From: Raillietiella orientalis
Taxonomy: Eukaryota
Direction of reading: 5' to 3'
Assembly: GCA_036172245.1 (NCBI GenBank)
Contig: JAYWIR010000017.1
Coordinates: 3,100,001 to 3,164,000 of the forward strand
DNA: 64,000 bases
The stretch's first letter is position 1. The number at the start of each line of letters is the position of its first letter. Both the position numbers and the translations under genes were made by a program. The notes below the pieces were generated by a model, which had not been told where the DNA came from, made no database searches, and saw only the letters and a program-made list of their open reading frames with translations. Shown here one piece after another: positions 26,701-39,479 of this stretch.

Positions 26701-28505
26701 ACCATAACAAACTGACAAAGTTGAAATATCAATGAGAACTCTGAGCACATAGTGTCTTTCAGATGTCTAGCTTTGGTCTGAGTCATTTGACCAGTGGAGA
26801 AATCAAACACTTCCTCACTCAGTAACTTTAGAATGCACATGTTATTCTGGCAGAGACTTTCATTTGTTTTACTTGAACCCACAATGTCAGGAATAAATGA
26901 CTCCCAATAATTTGGCCATTCTCGTTTGAAGATCTTTTGGACTTTTATTATGAAACAGACTTGCAAATGTTCAAACCTGCACAAGGATCATGTTGAGCTT
27001 ATTCAGATAAGTCTTCTCCCTTTCCAAAGTGGCTTGGTCGGAAGACGTTTTGATGATCAATCCAACAATATATTTTTTTATTCCTGCAATATGCCAATAT
27101 TTTATATTTTAAGCCACTTATATTTATCATGAATTTATTGGTTTTTCAGATTTTTCAGGCATGAGCACACATATTCGAATCTATGTCATCATCTATCATA
27201 GTGGATAAGAAACCTGATTTACCAAATGCTTTTCCAGCTTCCCTAACTACTTGCAAATCTAAAACAAACCCTTAAGTAGTCCAACACCTACAACTGCCAA
27301 GAAAACCATCTATCTTAAGTATGAACAATAACAAAAAAAACAAACACAATATGGAGTGAGCTTACTGACCTACTAAATTCCCAAAATGCATGAATAGGGA
27401 TAGGGAAGATACAACATTCACTGCAAAGACATCCCAGTAACTGAGAGTAAGACCACCCATCCTAGAAACAGTGAACCACACATTCATACTACTTTCATCG
27501 CAAGAAACACATTTTCATACAGTCTTCCAAAGCATCACTAAAAGATTTCTGCCTAATCACTAATCTAACTAAATTTTTCCCATATATTTGCAACAGAACA
27601 AGCTCATTTTTGGCCATAGCACTGCTTCTCAAGAAGTCACTGTTAGGTCATGTCTGGAAACCTGTTTAACAAATAAAATGCAAATTTAATGCCTACAATA
27701 GCTAGTTAAACATTTTAAATGTTTATATTCATGATGAAAAGAAATTCACATCTGAAAGCTTTTTTACATGCTAAACTGTACAATGACTTATTCCCTAATC
27801 TCCTTGTTAAAACCATTCATTTGGTGGTTGAAATATGAAAGCCTGAAGAAGAAACACCATAGCAGGAATACCAAATTTGGAAGTACTCTAACCAGTAGAC
27901 TAAAAGTGTGCTAAAACAATGCATTTCAGAAATGTTGAAATCACTACTGTGGAATTCCTTAAGAGTTGTATCTCTTGGGAGCATGTACGTTTCCTCGGGT
28001 AAATTGGTTCTATATGAACATACAGTTACCAAAACAGCCTTAGATTTATTGTAGGAACCTGTTCTACTTGTAATCACATATGCATCTATTTTACCTTCAC
28101 ACTGATGTCTTGGCAAAACCTTCCATCTCGTCTTGATCACGGTCTCCAAAATTTGTAGTGCATAAAATTTCGTCTGCGGGTTTTGTGAAAATTCCAGTAT
28201 TGTGTCCACCCTCGTCCAGGCATCTGGATGTTCTTTCAATGTTGTCAGGATATCTTGGGCAACTTTTTGCTACACATGAAAATACATTGATATTTTTACT
28301 GCAGCACTAAAAGGTTTAGTGCAAAGAAAATGCACGTTGAAATGAAAGAATGCTTTATTTACTTTAGCATAACACAGTATCATACCTGCGCGCCAATGCC
28401 ATTATACATGCATTTAACGATATTATCTAAAAGATCAATATCAAACTTCTGACTAAAATCCAGAAGTTTCTGGGCCTGTTCGGCAATAGCGGCCATTCCA
28501 ACCAT
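23737..28505 (-). CDS. XPO1: Exportin-1 / CRM1 nuclear export receptor, 12 coding exons, 1075 aa
   Basis: Exons on the minus strand: 28505-28386, 28269-28095, 27083-26977, 26933-26703, 26660-26541, 26497-26366, 26317-26162, 26122-25670, 25621-25387, 25338-25040, 24982-24878, 24831-23737. They total 3228 nt and are in frame throughout. The translation is colinear with animal CRM1: [73 protein letters not shown] (leptomycin-B Cys retained, codon 25526-25528), [20 protein letters not shown] and a C-terminal [11 protein letters not shown]. Confidence 0.98.
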
Positions 28506-28999
28506 GGATATCACAAAATATTACAAGTAAAACATACTTCTAAGCAGATCTTCCCGATAGATTATCCATACATATATGCTAGGGAAAGGATCACATATGA
28601 ATTTCTGTTCAATCCAAAACTGTTTCGCAACAAAGATGAATTAGGATCGCAAACGGATAATTACTTCAATCAATTACTACTGAACCGACACCAAACATAT
28701 TTCAAAATAACGAGTGTACGTTCCCGAATGCAACAACGTATTTCAAGATGCCGTGATCACCCAAATGCTCGAAACACACCGAGATTCACTTCACTTCCGT
28801 CCTTTGACGGGGAAAGCCAAGCAATTGTACATCTTTTACAATTTTGAACAACTTACATCAGCCCACAACAATCTACATGGCCCTCCACAAGTGCACTACG
28901 AATGCGGCGCATCCATGCACATTTCGAACCAGTTCAAACTGGTTACATGTGGTTTCCGTAGCGAAGGTGCCGCTCCACTTGGCTTCCACTTTTCACACC

Positions 29000-29385
29000 G
29001 CGCGTGCTGCTGCCGCAGTGGAACCAAACACACCTCGCGGCAGCGAGGGGAGGATGCAGAAGAAGGAGAGCCTCCCCAGTTTCCGGGGGAGCAAGGAAGG
29101 AAGACGTTTCGTGGGACAGACGCGGCGTCTGGATTACGCGGGAAGCGGGTGCCGTGCTCTTGCACGGTCACCAAGTTTGCGTCCGCAGGAGCTTCCCTCC
29201 TGGGACCAGCGTTCTCGAGGAATGCTACATCCAGGTTGAAGGAGATTTTGAGGGGGGGGGGGGAGAACGTGGATGCAGCCCATGCAATCAATGTGTGCAT
29301 CCTTGAAGCAGATTCCACTCTTCGGCACACAATGGCAGTCTGTTTCGTAACGTGTCCCAATGCACACGATGTGTCGAACTGGTAG
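29000..29385 (+). mobile_element. Possible LINE AP-endonuclease remnant
   Basis: GC-rich patch whose ORF 29004-29306 has NQTHL..RRGVWIT..VEGDF, resembling the APE motifs QETHL / RGVAIL / GDFN. Confidence 0.25.
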
Positions 29386-32300
29386 TGTTCAAATGCTGCG
29401 CGCTCTACGGATGCAATTTGTTTACGACTTGATCGTGTGTATGTAGATTATGTAGTCTGCCTGTTTCTTTCTAAGCTCAAAGCGTCCGAAGAAGGACTCT
29501 CAAACCTCTTCGAACTTTGATTCCAAAGCAACGAGCTCGAATATCTCGTGATGAGTGCTTTCTTTGGTACAGCACTCCATGGTGAGGTAATTAGAAAAAC
29601 CTATGGCTTTGCTGGAAGTTTTTTGTAGCCGTGATAGACATTGGCGACTTTAGTTAAGGCATGCCAGCATCGGCATCTTAAGATTGAACTATATTATGTT
29701 AATTTCCCTGCGTTGTTTATTGGCTTTATTCATCGTGGTCCATGCAAGGCGAAGTCGTCGAGGCTTAATTATGAAATGAGCAGCTAATTGCAAAAGAGGG
29801 CAGAAGAGTGTCGCAGTTGTATACTGAGAGGACTGCAAAACCGGTTGCGAATTTCACGGCTGAGTTCCCATCGAATCTTCCAAAGTGATTCGGCGTATTT
29901 TTCCTTGATTTGGGTCTTATGGATTCATCCCGTGACATAGCTGTGAAAACGCTCCACCTCTATTAGATTCTCCGAAGAGTAGTATGAAAAGCCGAAATTC
30001 AGCAGGCAACCGTAAAAATGACAGACCTAATTTTCGCGGAGTTGACATTCGAGGTCGGGACGCTTCCCGTAAACCTCAAACGGGTGCCATACATGGCTTT
30101 CACGTATCTCGTGAAGTTCACCATTTCTTCTGCACCAGCCACGCTGCAAGCGCTATGTCGAAAGTGTCCCCATGTTACAAAAGTTCTCACTGTTTCAAAG
30201 GTCTTCCAAGCACTGCAAAGTACACATGGCGTGCAGTTCTGCGATTCTACTTCACCTTCGCCTTGATTTCTCTATATCCTGTTCTCTCTATGTTCGTCAC
30301 AGGATTCTCTGCATGATTGGGGGACATCGCTACAAATCAAAATTTCGAATCTGCAACAGATTCTGCCGCATGGGATAAGATCAGCGCACTGATAATATGG
30401 CGAATCGGCAAGTGCTGAAGTCAAACTGTTACACGGAATTGTTCCTTCTCTTGCTGCTGCGGTCTCTGTGAAATTCTACGGAATTGGCTTTGTATTTTTG
30501 AACACAGGACTTTCTACAGTTCTTCTAAATTGATTTTCAATTTTATCTCAATCAAGAGGTTCTAAAAGCATCTCCTGCCTGCAAGACAGACCTCGAGCTT
30601 TCCAAGGCAGCTTAGCAGTATTAATGGATATTTTCAACTATGAATATCGGTAGGTATATGAACGTGAACACATGCGAAGGACTTTTGACATTCTTTTGGA
30701 GAGCGTGTTCACAGATTTTTTCAATCTTAAGTGCTTTGACACTGAGTTCTTTCGGAACCTTTGCTGGGTTAATGGATTTCACATCACTTCGCAATCTTGT
30801 TCATTAATAACAGGCGTAATTGCTTAATCACTGGGGAATGCTGAACATTTGCAGCCTGCGGGATGCATGAGACTGACCAAGAATGCTCGCAGATTGTCTC
30901 AAGAAATGCCTTTTCCCGTTGTCTATTGAAATTCATCTGAACCGTCGCAATATGCATTTTCGTTCTTCCATGGTTTCCCTCTACCGATTTATTGCAACCA
31001 CTTGCAGAATTGAAACGCTCTTGATCTTAGGAGACCTCCGAATCGTAACATCCAGAAAGCTGTTGATCTGCTGCAGTATTTCTAGATACTGCACGTAGCG
31101 TTGCCAGGGAAGATCCAAGTAGCTCCAAATGCTAAAACAGCTTCAGTCTAATCATGTGGAGCATTTTTTTGCATTTTTTGAGATTTTTTTTCTTCTTATC
31201 TTTCGATCCTTCTCATCTCTGGAGTTCATATTCTTCTCATGATTTGATACGAGTTATATTTCCTATTCATGATTATTACATCACTTTTTTTTTTCTTCTT
31301 CATTATTACGGGTGTGATTTTTAAGGAATTCTGCTTTAACTCTTCAAGTCCGGTGGTCTTATTTATCAAGTTCGTGTGTGTGTGTGTGTGTTCCTTCGAG
31401 TTTGCGTGAAGCCACTGCTCCTGGCATCCTTATGAGAAAAGGCTTGCTCAATATCCAGAGGCGAGCACCGGAGGAAACGCGTGCATTGTCCCTCGTTGCA
31501 AACAACGAGTTCGGTTGTATAAGGAACCGTGCATGAAGGAACATCAAGGAAGGAACAATTTCAAAAGTGAGAAATTCGTCTCCGAGCTTGTCCAAGTGCA
31601 AAACTCGAGCAAGCGGCAATGTTCTAAACTATGCTAATGACGTTGACCTTGGCGATTCCGGATTCTAATGTGGAGCCGTAGACATTCAAGGGAAGTATCG
31701 TAATCCTTCGCAGACAATCCTGTGAGATGTGAGCAGGTATGGCAGTAGCCGAGAACCAACTACTAATCTTTGCAGCGGCAGAAGGGAAACAGACATGGCG
31801 TCCCTACTCGGAAGACTCAGCCAAGTAGGACTTTATTCTAACTCTCGAAATGATAGATGTTTTCATGATTTGTTGCTTATCTCGAACACGTGGGAGCGAT
31901 CCAAACCTTGAAATGCAAGTAAAAAAGAAAATTGGGTCCTCATAGGTACAAGTTTCCTCAGTCATTTTGAAGAGGGGTTCGGTTTTCGTTAAGAAGCATT
32001 TAACAGCACTTCGGTTCTGACTGCATCCTTCAGAGTTCTTCGTTACGAGCGCACTTGGTGATCTGAAGGCTTACTGACGGCAACGGCAAAGATTCTTACC
32101 AGAATGTTTGGCAAAGAGCGTTCGTGACCACGTGCCGGAGGGTTTCTGCCTTTTAAGAACAAGCACGGCATTGCGGCCGTGTCGCAGTTCATCTGCAATG
32201 GCGTGTCCGAGAAACGACTGGTTGATTCCTCACCTATTGGAACGGGGATGGTGCGAAGTCGTGAGTTTAGTCCGGTTTTGTGGAACTCATCCGGGAACAA

Positions 32301-35300
32301 CGCAGAGTCTTTGAAAGAGGAATTCCTTCCTGGAGGGAACGTGATGTCGAAATACTCTCGGGACGAATTTCATTTTTAATCCGGCGGAAAAAAGAAAATG
32401 CTTCATTAATGCGATATCAATCGTGAGCCAAAAGTTTGATGATCTGGAGCAGGGTTATGGAAATAGCTCTTCGAGATTCGGAGAGTATCTTATTGATGCG
32501 TCCCCCCCTTCCCCTGCACAGAATTAAACCGGTAAGAGATATAAACCGAAAGCAGCCAATCCTGTTTGGATACCCGAAATTTCACCTAATGTTCAACTGT
32601 CATTAGGGCGAAAACTTTCTAGCAAAATAATTGCCAAGAAATTGGGGTCATTCACAGAAAAGATTGCTAATCCTTTGAGGATTTACCCAATTCCCTGGGA
32701 AAAGGAAACAATAGTTACATCAGATCTAAAGCAATGTTTCGTGTTCCTTGCGGCTGTGTTTACCTTTTGGGCATAGAATCCGCAAAACTGCTCCAATGCT
32801 CTTTGAGTAAACAGATTTGTTATCTTGATACGGCAAAACGCACACATAGTTAATGCACTCATATTTTATTCAAAGGGTAGTGCTTAAGCATCTCTGCCAC
32901 GGGTAGCTTCCTCACATTCGTGAGGATGGCGAGTTTCCTTCTTCCTGCCTTGGCCTGTCTGGTGAGTGGTGCGTCTTTTCGAGACGCACCACGTGAGGAC
33001 GGAAAGGCTTCTTGCGCCGTTTCTCGTGATCGTTTTCAATCGGATTTTCGTTCAGTGCCTTTCCAACTGACCTCTTTCAACACGGGGACAGTAGGGTGCG
33101 CGTGCACGTTTGGAGTTTTCCCGATTCCGGAACTTGGGGACTCCTGTGCTCTCCTGTTTTGGCTCGCATTTGCAAATTGGTCACGTGCACAGTGGTGTAC
33201 TGCATTGCTGCAGTCTGCCGGAAAAAGCCCAGCCTTTTGCTTTCCCTTGTCTCTCTGGAAGCTGCGATGAGGGGATTCCATTTCGACTCCGTCTCCTTGC
33301 TGAGCGTCACTTCAAGCCAAACGTGAAAGAATAAGATAAAATAAATAAATGATCTGTCGATTGATGGAGCTCCAAACGGATCGCTGATGATGTGTGTTGC
33401 CATCAGAGCTGGAAGCTGCTGCCAACAGGAAACGGCTTTTGCTTATTTATTTCCCTGTTTTTTTTTTCTTTTTCTTGGGAAGGGGGGTGGGGGGAGTTCC
33501 CAGCATGGTGGTGGTGACCTGCCGCCTCTAAAATATTTCCGTGCGAAGCTGGGTATCTCAAAAAGAGAGAAGCTCTTGCCGTTAGTTCCCAATTTCTACG
33601 GGGGAGAAGCACTTGCGACTCCCAGTTTTATTACGGGAAGAAGAGTGATGGCGCATTTCTTAAGATGGTGAAAACAAGAAGCTCAGTTCTTTCGGGATAA
33701 TTTCATAATGCCGTTCAATGGAAAAGAAAACGTATAGTCTTTCTCTTTTGTTCTTTTCTAAAGGCTTTTCGTTCCTTCGTTTGATTTTTAAGGAAAAAGA
33801 CATCTTTTGGATTCTCTTTTTTCAAATTTTCTTTAGATGTGGTGCGCCGCCGTGTCTCTTGAAGCACATGAAGTAATATAACGTGGCAAGTCAGGTCGCT
33901 TGTGACTGATTCTTGAAATCACGATGCAACTTTTTCCCTCTACACGTCGGATATCTGTTAAAACTTTCCTGATGGTTGCCCGTCGCTGAAGATAGAGACT
34001 CTGGTAGTGTTAGGGTTTTTTTCACTGATGTGGGCTGCAACCATCGCTAAACATGGTCTTTCTAAAACGCTCTTTCGGCGAACTGTCTGCTCTCACGACA
34101 TGAGTAGCAAGGGTGGTGGCGACCATTTTGAAGATGGCTACGAGCTGCCATCCATACTGCCAGGGGATTTAAGATGCGTTGTTTTCTTCGATGTGATTTC
34201 GAGTAAACCACAAGCCGAGCCACACGCATATTTCCAAACACGCTGCCGGCTGAGGGAAAAAGAAATGATAAGAAGCACTGTTGGATGATTTTTAAGTGTT
34301 TATCAAAATTTGACGCATCCGACAGCCGAAGAACGTATCAAGCAGACTACTGGTTTCATCAGAGAGAAGAAGACAAGCCCTTGGAAGGAAAAGTCCTCCA
34401 TAATTCCCATTTGCAGTATACCATCTAAAGGCACACTGTTTGCTCTTTGTTTTTTGCATGCTGTCAACGGCAACGTTTCGCTATCATTTCGCTGGCGCGA
34501 TCGCAGAAGAGGCCGCTAAGCACACTGTGGATAGAACATTAGAAAGGCAAGCATGGTCCTGAACGGTGAACTGATCTCAGGCTAACGATAAAAACGCTTG
34601 CTCGTTGGCTGATGACAGTGTGAGTCATCAAGCAGTTTCATATGCTTCCCGAGATTCTAGATGGTGTCTGCACAAGCACTTGGAAAAATAAAACAGAAAA
34701 GATACGTCCGTAGAGGAGGATTTTGGGGAAAAACATGGCCAAGATCCGAAAAGGTACAAAGCTGCAACGACTGCGTGCACTACTTTGCACTGCTTTTCCG
34801 AGGAGAAAGAGTTGAAACCTTGGTGGATATCGAAGTTTCGAGATTATGCGGCTGATGGCTTGATCTCTCTGAAAGCCACAGTGAAAACGAGGTAGGAAAG
34901 AGGAGCAAAACAAAACCAAAAGTCACTCGTTGAGATGATCTGGTGCCTATTCTTGAAATCCTACGAGTTAGTCATACGCATCATCACCAATTCTCTCTTT
35001 TGCGTCATCTCTGCGGCAAGCAATTAATGCATCAAGCATTCACCTTACAATTTATGCAAACGATTTCTGAATTTCGTGTTGTGGAGAGGCTCCGCGAGTT
35101 CGAGTGCCTTCATTCCATTCTGAATCAATACAATGAATTCAGCGACCCAGTTTGAGTCAGACCTCCAGAATGGATGTTATGGAACAGTCGGTAAGATATC
35201 ATCATTGTGAGGAAGAGCGTCGACGGCATCCAAAGCTGAGAATCGAAGGCCCATTGGATCTCGTAAGAAATCCTTGTCAACTTGAAATTTTCTTTAGTTG

Positions 35301-35549
35301 TGGAGTGCTGCCGTGTCTCTTGAGGCAGATGAAGTAAAACAACGCAAAAATTCAGGTCGCTTGTGAACTGATTCTTGGCATCATAACCACGAACCCTACT
35401 GCCCATTCCTGTTTTTGCTGTTCTTTCCAGCTTTCTTTTTTCCTTTTTTGGTTCGCCGAGTGCCTCAAGAACCGTCGTTCACGTGACGACTCACGGAGCT
35501 CTTTGACGCTGTTCCACGCCACCCAAAGGTGCGTGTAGGCAATCTTCGT

Positions 35550-36300
35550 GGTAGGGGCTACCCGGGAGGGGGCCACCAAATGAATCCAGGAGAAAATGTC
35601 CGTTCCTCTCACGCTTTGGAAGGGAACCCTCCACCCTGGTGGTCTCCGAAGGAAACCCTAAAAGGATCCGCTTCTGGGATTTCTTCTCCGGAGACCCCCT
35701 GCAAGTGAGTGGCTCCTAGTTTCTAAAGAGAACTGAAAAGAACCCGGAGGGCGTTCCCAAATTTTCTTAGAAGGGTAGCTATCGAAGGCAGCATCAGGGC
35801 TTCTTGAACCCAGGGGAGTACCAACCAGAGCCTTGGTAACGGCTGCACCTTCACAACCGGAGAAGAACCCTGAAAGGAATCTCTTTCTCATTTTAATCGG
35901 AGAGACACCCCGATTTATGAGGGTCACTTCTCACTTCTTCTCTGGAGGATACCCGTAAGGAAAGTGCTCCTTTTTCCTCCTCCTCTGGAGAGGAGCCCGG
36001 ACGGCGCTCCACCTGAAGGGAACGACAGAACTTCTTGCACTCTGGAGAGGTGACTCCCCGAGAGAGGCATCGACCAGATCCATGGCAACGGCTCCATCTT
36101 CATAACTGGAGGGGGAACCTCGAAGGGAAAGGGCTTGTCGAGTTCCGGTCGGACCCCGGAGAATTGACTCCCAATCCCGGTCACTCATCGGGTGTGTCCG
36201 GTTTTCCAGCTTCCACCAGAACCTCACCCGGAGCCTACAGGCCAACTCAGAGTCATCTTACGTGGGTGGAGAACTCGAAGTCCACGACGCGCGACGCTTG
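35550..36300 (-). mobile_element. tRNA-derived SINE copy lacking most of its head and carrying an internally duplicated module
   Basis: The reverse complement matches the family body (gtcgtggacttcgagtt...gaagctggaaaacc...ccgggattgggagtc...ggttcccc) and tail (ttccct..ccaaa.cgtgaga.gaggaacggac...cctggattcat). The body module gggaa.cg.cc..ggg...ggag.aga..ccag.agcggatcc appears twice. Confidence 0.65.
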
Positions 36301-36329
36301 GTGCACTTGTGAACTGCACCAAGCACAGG

Positions 36330-37850
36330 AGTGCGCCTCAGAGTGAAACTTCGGTCTGAGTTGAACTGGAAGGCGCTCCCGGTACGCAAGAAACTGCCGG
36401 GAGCGGCGCAAAGCCAATATATCGAAACGAACGAGCATCCAAAGGTGGAGCAGGGATTGTGCATCGCGAATCCGGCATCGATCGTGGCCTCTGACGGCAG
36501 ACAGGAGCGCGCGCGCCACAAGAAACTCCTGGCTAGACCAAACTCTTCGCTCGTGGTCGGCGCGATGCCCGGGACCAGGCGAGCAGCAAAACGGAGCAGA
36601 CATTCTTGAGGAAGGCCTCCGAAATTCCAACTTCAGCGAGCTCTCTGCATCCGCTACGCTGGACTCGGTAGTCTTAGAGGCTTCCCTGCCTTAGAGGCAA
36701 CCGCCGTCGCGTCGCTTCGTTTCGTTCGCACGTGAGCGGGAATTCCGGAAGCAGTGGATCGAGAAACGGCCGTTCCCCCAAAAACGCGTGGCGCGCCAAG
36801 AGTCGCGGGATCGAGTCCCACCTGGAGAAGGATCGACTCCAGAGGGACGGGTGCGTCGTGAGTTCGGGTTCCTCCCGCAAGATGACTCTGGTTGGCCTGT
36901 GGGCTTCCGGGTGCGGTGGCACCGGTGGAAGCTCTGGATGATAGGAATGCTGCTGCCGAAACGCTTACCAGCCCGTGATCTATTCGGTCGGATCCTCACG
37001 GCTTGCACCGTGTCTTCGGCCTGTCAAGGTGCTTCTCACGGAAGACAAGGGATTTCTTGAGTCGAGGAAGGGGGGAAGGGGGAGAATTTGGGGCACGAGC
37101 ACGCGGGTGAAGGCAGGGATGGTAAACGTTCGGGAAATCCAGGGCTCTCCTCCTTTTCGAGGAAACAAGGAACTTCTGGATTTCCCAGTTGCCAAAACGC
37201 TCGAGAGAGAAAACGAAGATACAGCGCAGTTCCGGGAACGAATCGGAAACGGCACTGCACGGAGACCAGGTGAGACAGTTAGCTGAAGCAAGAGGAAGGG
37301 GAGAGGGAGGAGTGAGAGTGTGGCCTGCGACCTCAGACTTTCCGGCGGCTCCACGAGCACCACGCAGAAACGACGAACATGTCTGCAGTCATCAGGGAGT
37401 TGCCGAGGAGAAAAAAACTGCAAAACTGCATGACTCTCCGGGATGTGAGGTTTCCCGGTTTGTCGGAGGATAAGGAAACATGACAACAGGATAAGAAAAA
37501 GATGCCAGCGACACAAAGAGAGGACAACCGCTCACTCTCCACGGCAGTTTCGTTGAGACAAAGTTCAGTTCGCCAGCTGCCGGGGCGAGATGCTTCCTGG
37601 CATCTGCCGGTCTGGTGCTTTCGGATGCGTCTTGGACCCACAGCAACATGGGGCGGGATTTGCAAAAGGAAGTACGCTCAGGCACAGTGGAAAATCCTGT
37701 GGGGGTTCGTGCCACTTTGCGGGTCGTTGAAACTTCCATCAGAGGGCTTCCCGCGCGCTTTCGGGCAGAACTCGGAGACGTCCCGTTTCTTTCAGGAAGA
37801 TCCAGAGACTTGCTCGCGCGAGACGGGAGGAAGGAGGGGACTCGTTGATC
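36330..37850 (+). mobile_element. Degenerate LINE reverse-transcriptase region interrupted by a SINE
   Basis: Motif remnants in RT order: KKLPG (KAPG), LARPNSSLV (YRPISLL), then the SINE, then GFLESRK..RVKAGM..QGSPPF (GVPQGS), DFP..NEDTAQF (YADDTA), VSRFVG..NMT (KYLG) and SSVRQ..HLPVW (VRPxLEYxxPVW). Confidence 0.45.
36785..36935 (+). mobile_element. 5' fragment of the tRNA-derived SINE
   Basis: ccaagagtcgcgggatcgagtccc...gaaggatcgactcc...gggtgcgtcgtgagttcgggttcctcccgcaagatgactctggttgg...ggcaccggtggaagct aligns with 38775-38912 and 49500-49660. Confidence 0.7.
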
Positions 37851-38744
37851 CGGCGGAAAAACCGTGAAATTTTCATACGCGAGATCACGTGGCGATGACG
37901 TCACCAGCTCTAGCGGATTGATTGCCAACTCTCCCACGTAAAAAAGGGAACACCCCGCTTTGTGTGATCACCGTTTCATCTCCGCGCACAAGAAAAGGTC
38001 CCGGAGGGAACAGCGAATACCAGGCAACAGCGAATAGCAACGAATATCTCTTGCAGCATCTGCGCAGCTACGGTAGATCTAACACTTGCACTGTTGGATT
38101 CGTAATGACTGTTTGCTCGTGGCATCTTCGTTCTCTCTTTCTCTCTCTCTCGGAAAATAAAAAATTGTATCTAGAAATGATGTGAAGAGCACAGTTCTAT
38201 TTCCGGATCCTACCTAACTGTGGAAGGAGCTAAGCGGCTGCGCTCTTGATGTCGACAGGACGAAACGGAATTCTCCCCGGATTGGGGTGAGATGCAAATT
38301 ACTCATGAGCATTTCTGATCTGGCAACGTGGGTGCGCCCCAGGACGACTGCAGACCTCCTGGAGGCCTTACTAGTGGAAAGTGAGCCCGGACGCTATTCA
38401 CCTAGAAGTTTCTGTGGAGCATTCACCCAAGGTGACAGCAAGTCTTGCTCACGTGGCTACTCTGCCGTAAGTGGCTCGCGGCTTTACGGCAAAGCGCCGG
38501 ACACCGGGAGACGTGCGAACGTCCTGGGCGAGCATCCTCATCCGGAAGACTGTCCGCCGTCGGCAAGGCAGCCACGCTCTCCTTCACAGTCGATGTCTTT
38601 CGCCGCCCATATGTCCTGAAATGGATGCGTTTGCACTAAGCATAAGTACCACTGAAATGTATCGATTACCTATGTAGACTGGGATACGTTTCCTGTACAT
38701 GGCATGAAACAGCTATTGAACAATTAGATGAAGTAATGGTCAAT

Positions 38745-39260
38745 GGCCGTGTGGCTGCGGTCCCTGCGCTCGCAGTACCAAGGTTGCGGGTTCGAATCCC
38801 GCCCAGGGAAGGATCGACGCCGAGGGATGGGTGCGTCGTGGGTCTCGAGTTCCCTTTCCTCAGAATGGCGCTGGTTGGACCACGGGCTTCGTGTGTAGCA
38901 CTGGTAGAAGCTAAACGCCCCCGTCGACTGGCCGGGATGGGAAGTCGAACCTCCGGGGTCCTTCCAGGAATCGGATTCCAGGAGTCGGTTCCCCTCGGGG
39001 TTCCCTCTTCAGTTGTGAATATGGAGCCTTTTTCCTGGAGTTTGTCGATGCCACCAACGGGGGGTGCCCTTCCAGGGTGTCAAGGAGCGCGCTCTACCTC
39101 CAGAGAAATTGGGAAGCGTCCGTTTGGGGTTTTCTTCAGGGGAGGAAACCAGGAGCGGATCCTTTCCGGGTTCCCTCCCAAACGTGAGAGAGGAACGGAC
39201 TCCTTCCTCCTCCATGGCTTTCCTGGATTCATAGGGTGGTTTCTCCGGGGTTGACTCCCT
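38745..39260 (+). mobile_element. tRNA-derived SINE, the most complete copy (about 520 bp)
   Basis: A-box-like ggccgtgtggctgcgg at 38745 and a perfect Pol III B-box GGTTCGAATCC at 38789-38799. The body is shared with four other dispersed copies and has no coding capacity. Confidence 0.75.
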
Positions 39261-39479
39261 CACTTGAAGAGTCACAGGCACCGTCAGCCTTAAAGGGGAC
39301 AGCCTTAAAGAGCTTCGTGAACTTCCCCTGAAGAGGTGGACGGTTATTCAGCACTTGAGGAACCAGAAAGAAAGAAAAAAAAACGGAATGTTGGATTGAT
39401 GGTGCCGACGTGAGCATCGCTCTGTTGTTGGGTCGCAACGATGCGGGTGCAACACAGCCGACAAGGCTACTGCTTGCAC

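Noticed and set aside
29579..29592. ATG GTG AG|gtaatt as the first exon of a gene divergent from XPO1
   Set aside because: No downstream plus-strand exons with recognisable protein sequence were found.
29900..30850. Faint minus-strand LINE RT-like words (QQRFRKNS, AFRT, EVERFH)
   Set aside because: Motif spacing is inconsistent and the similarity is too weak to call by eye.
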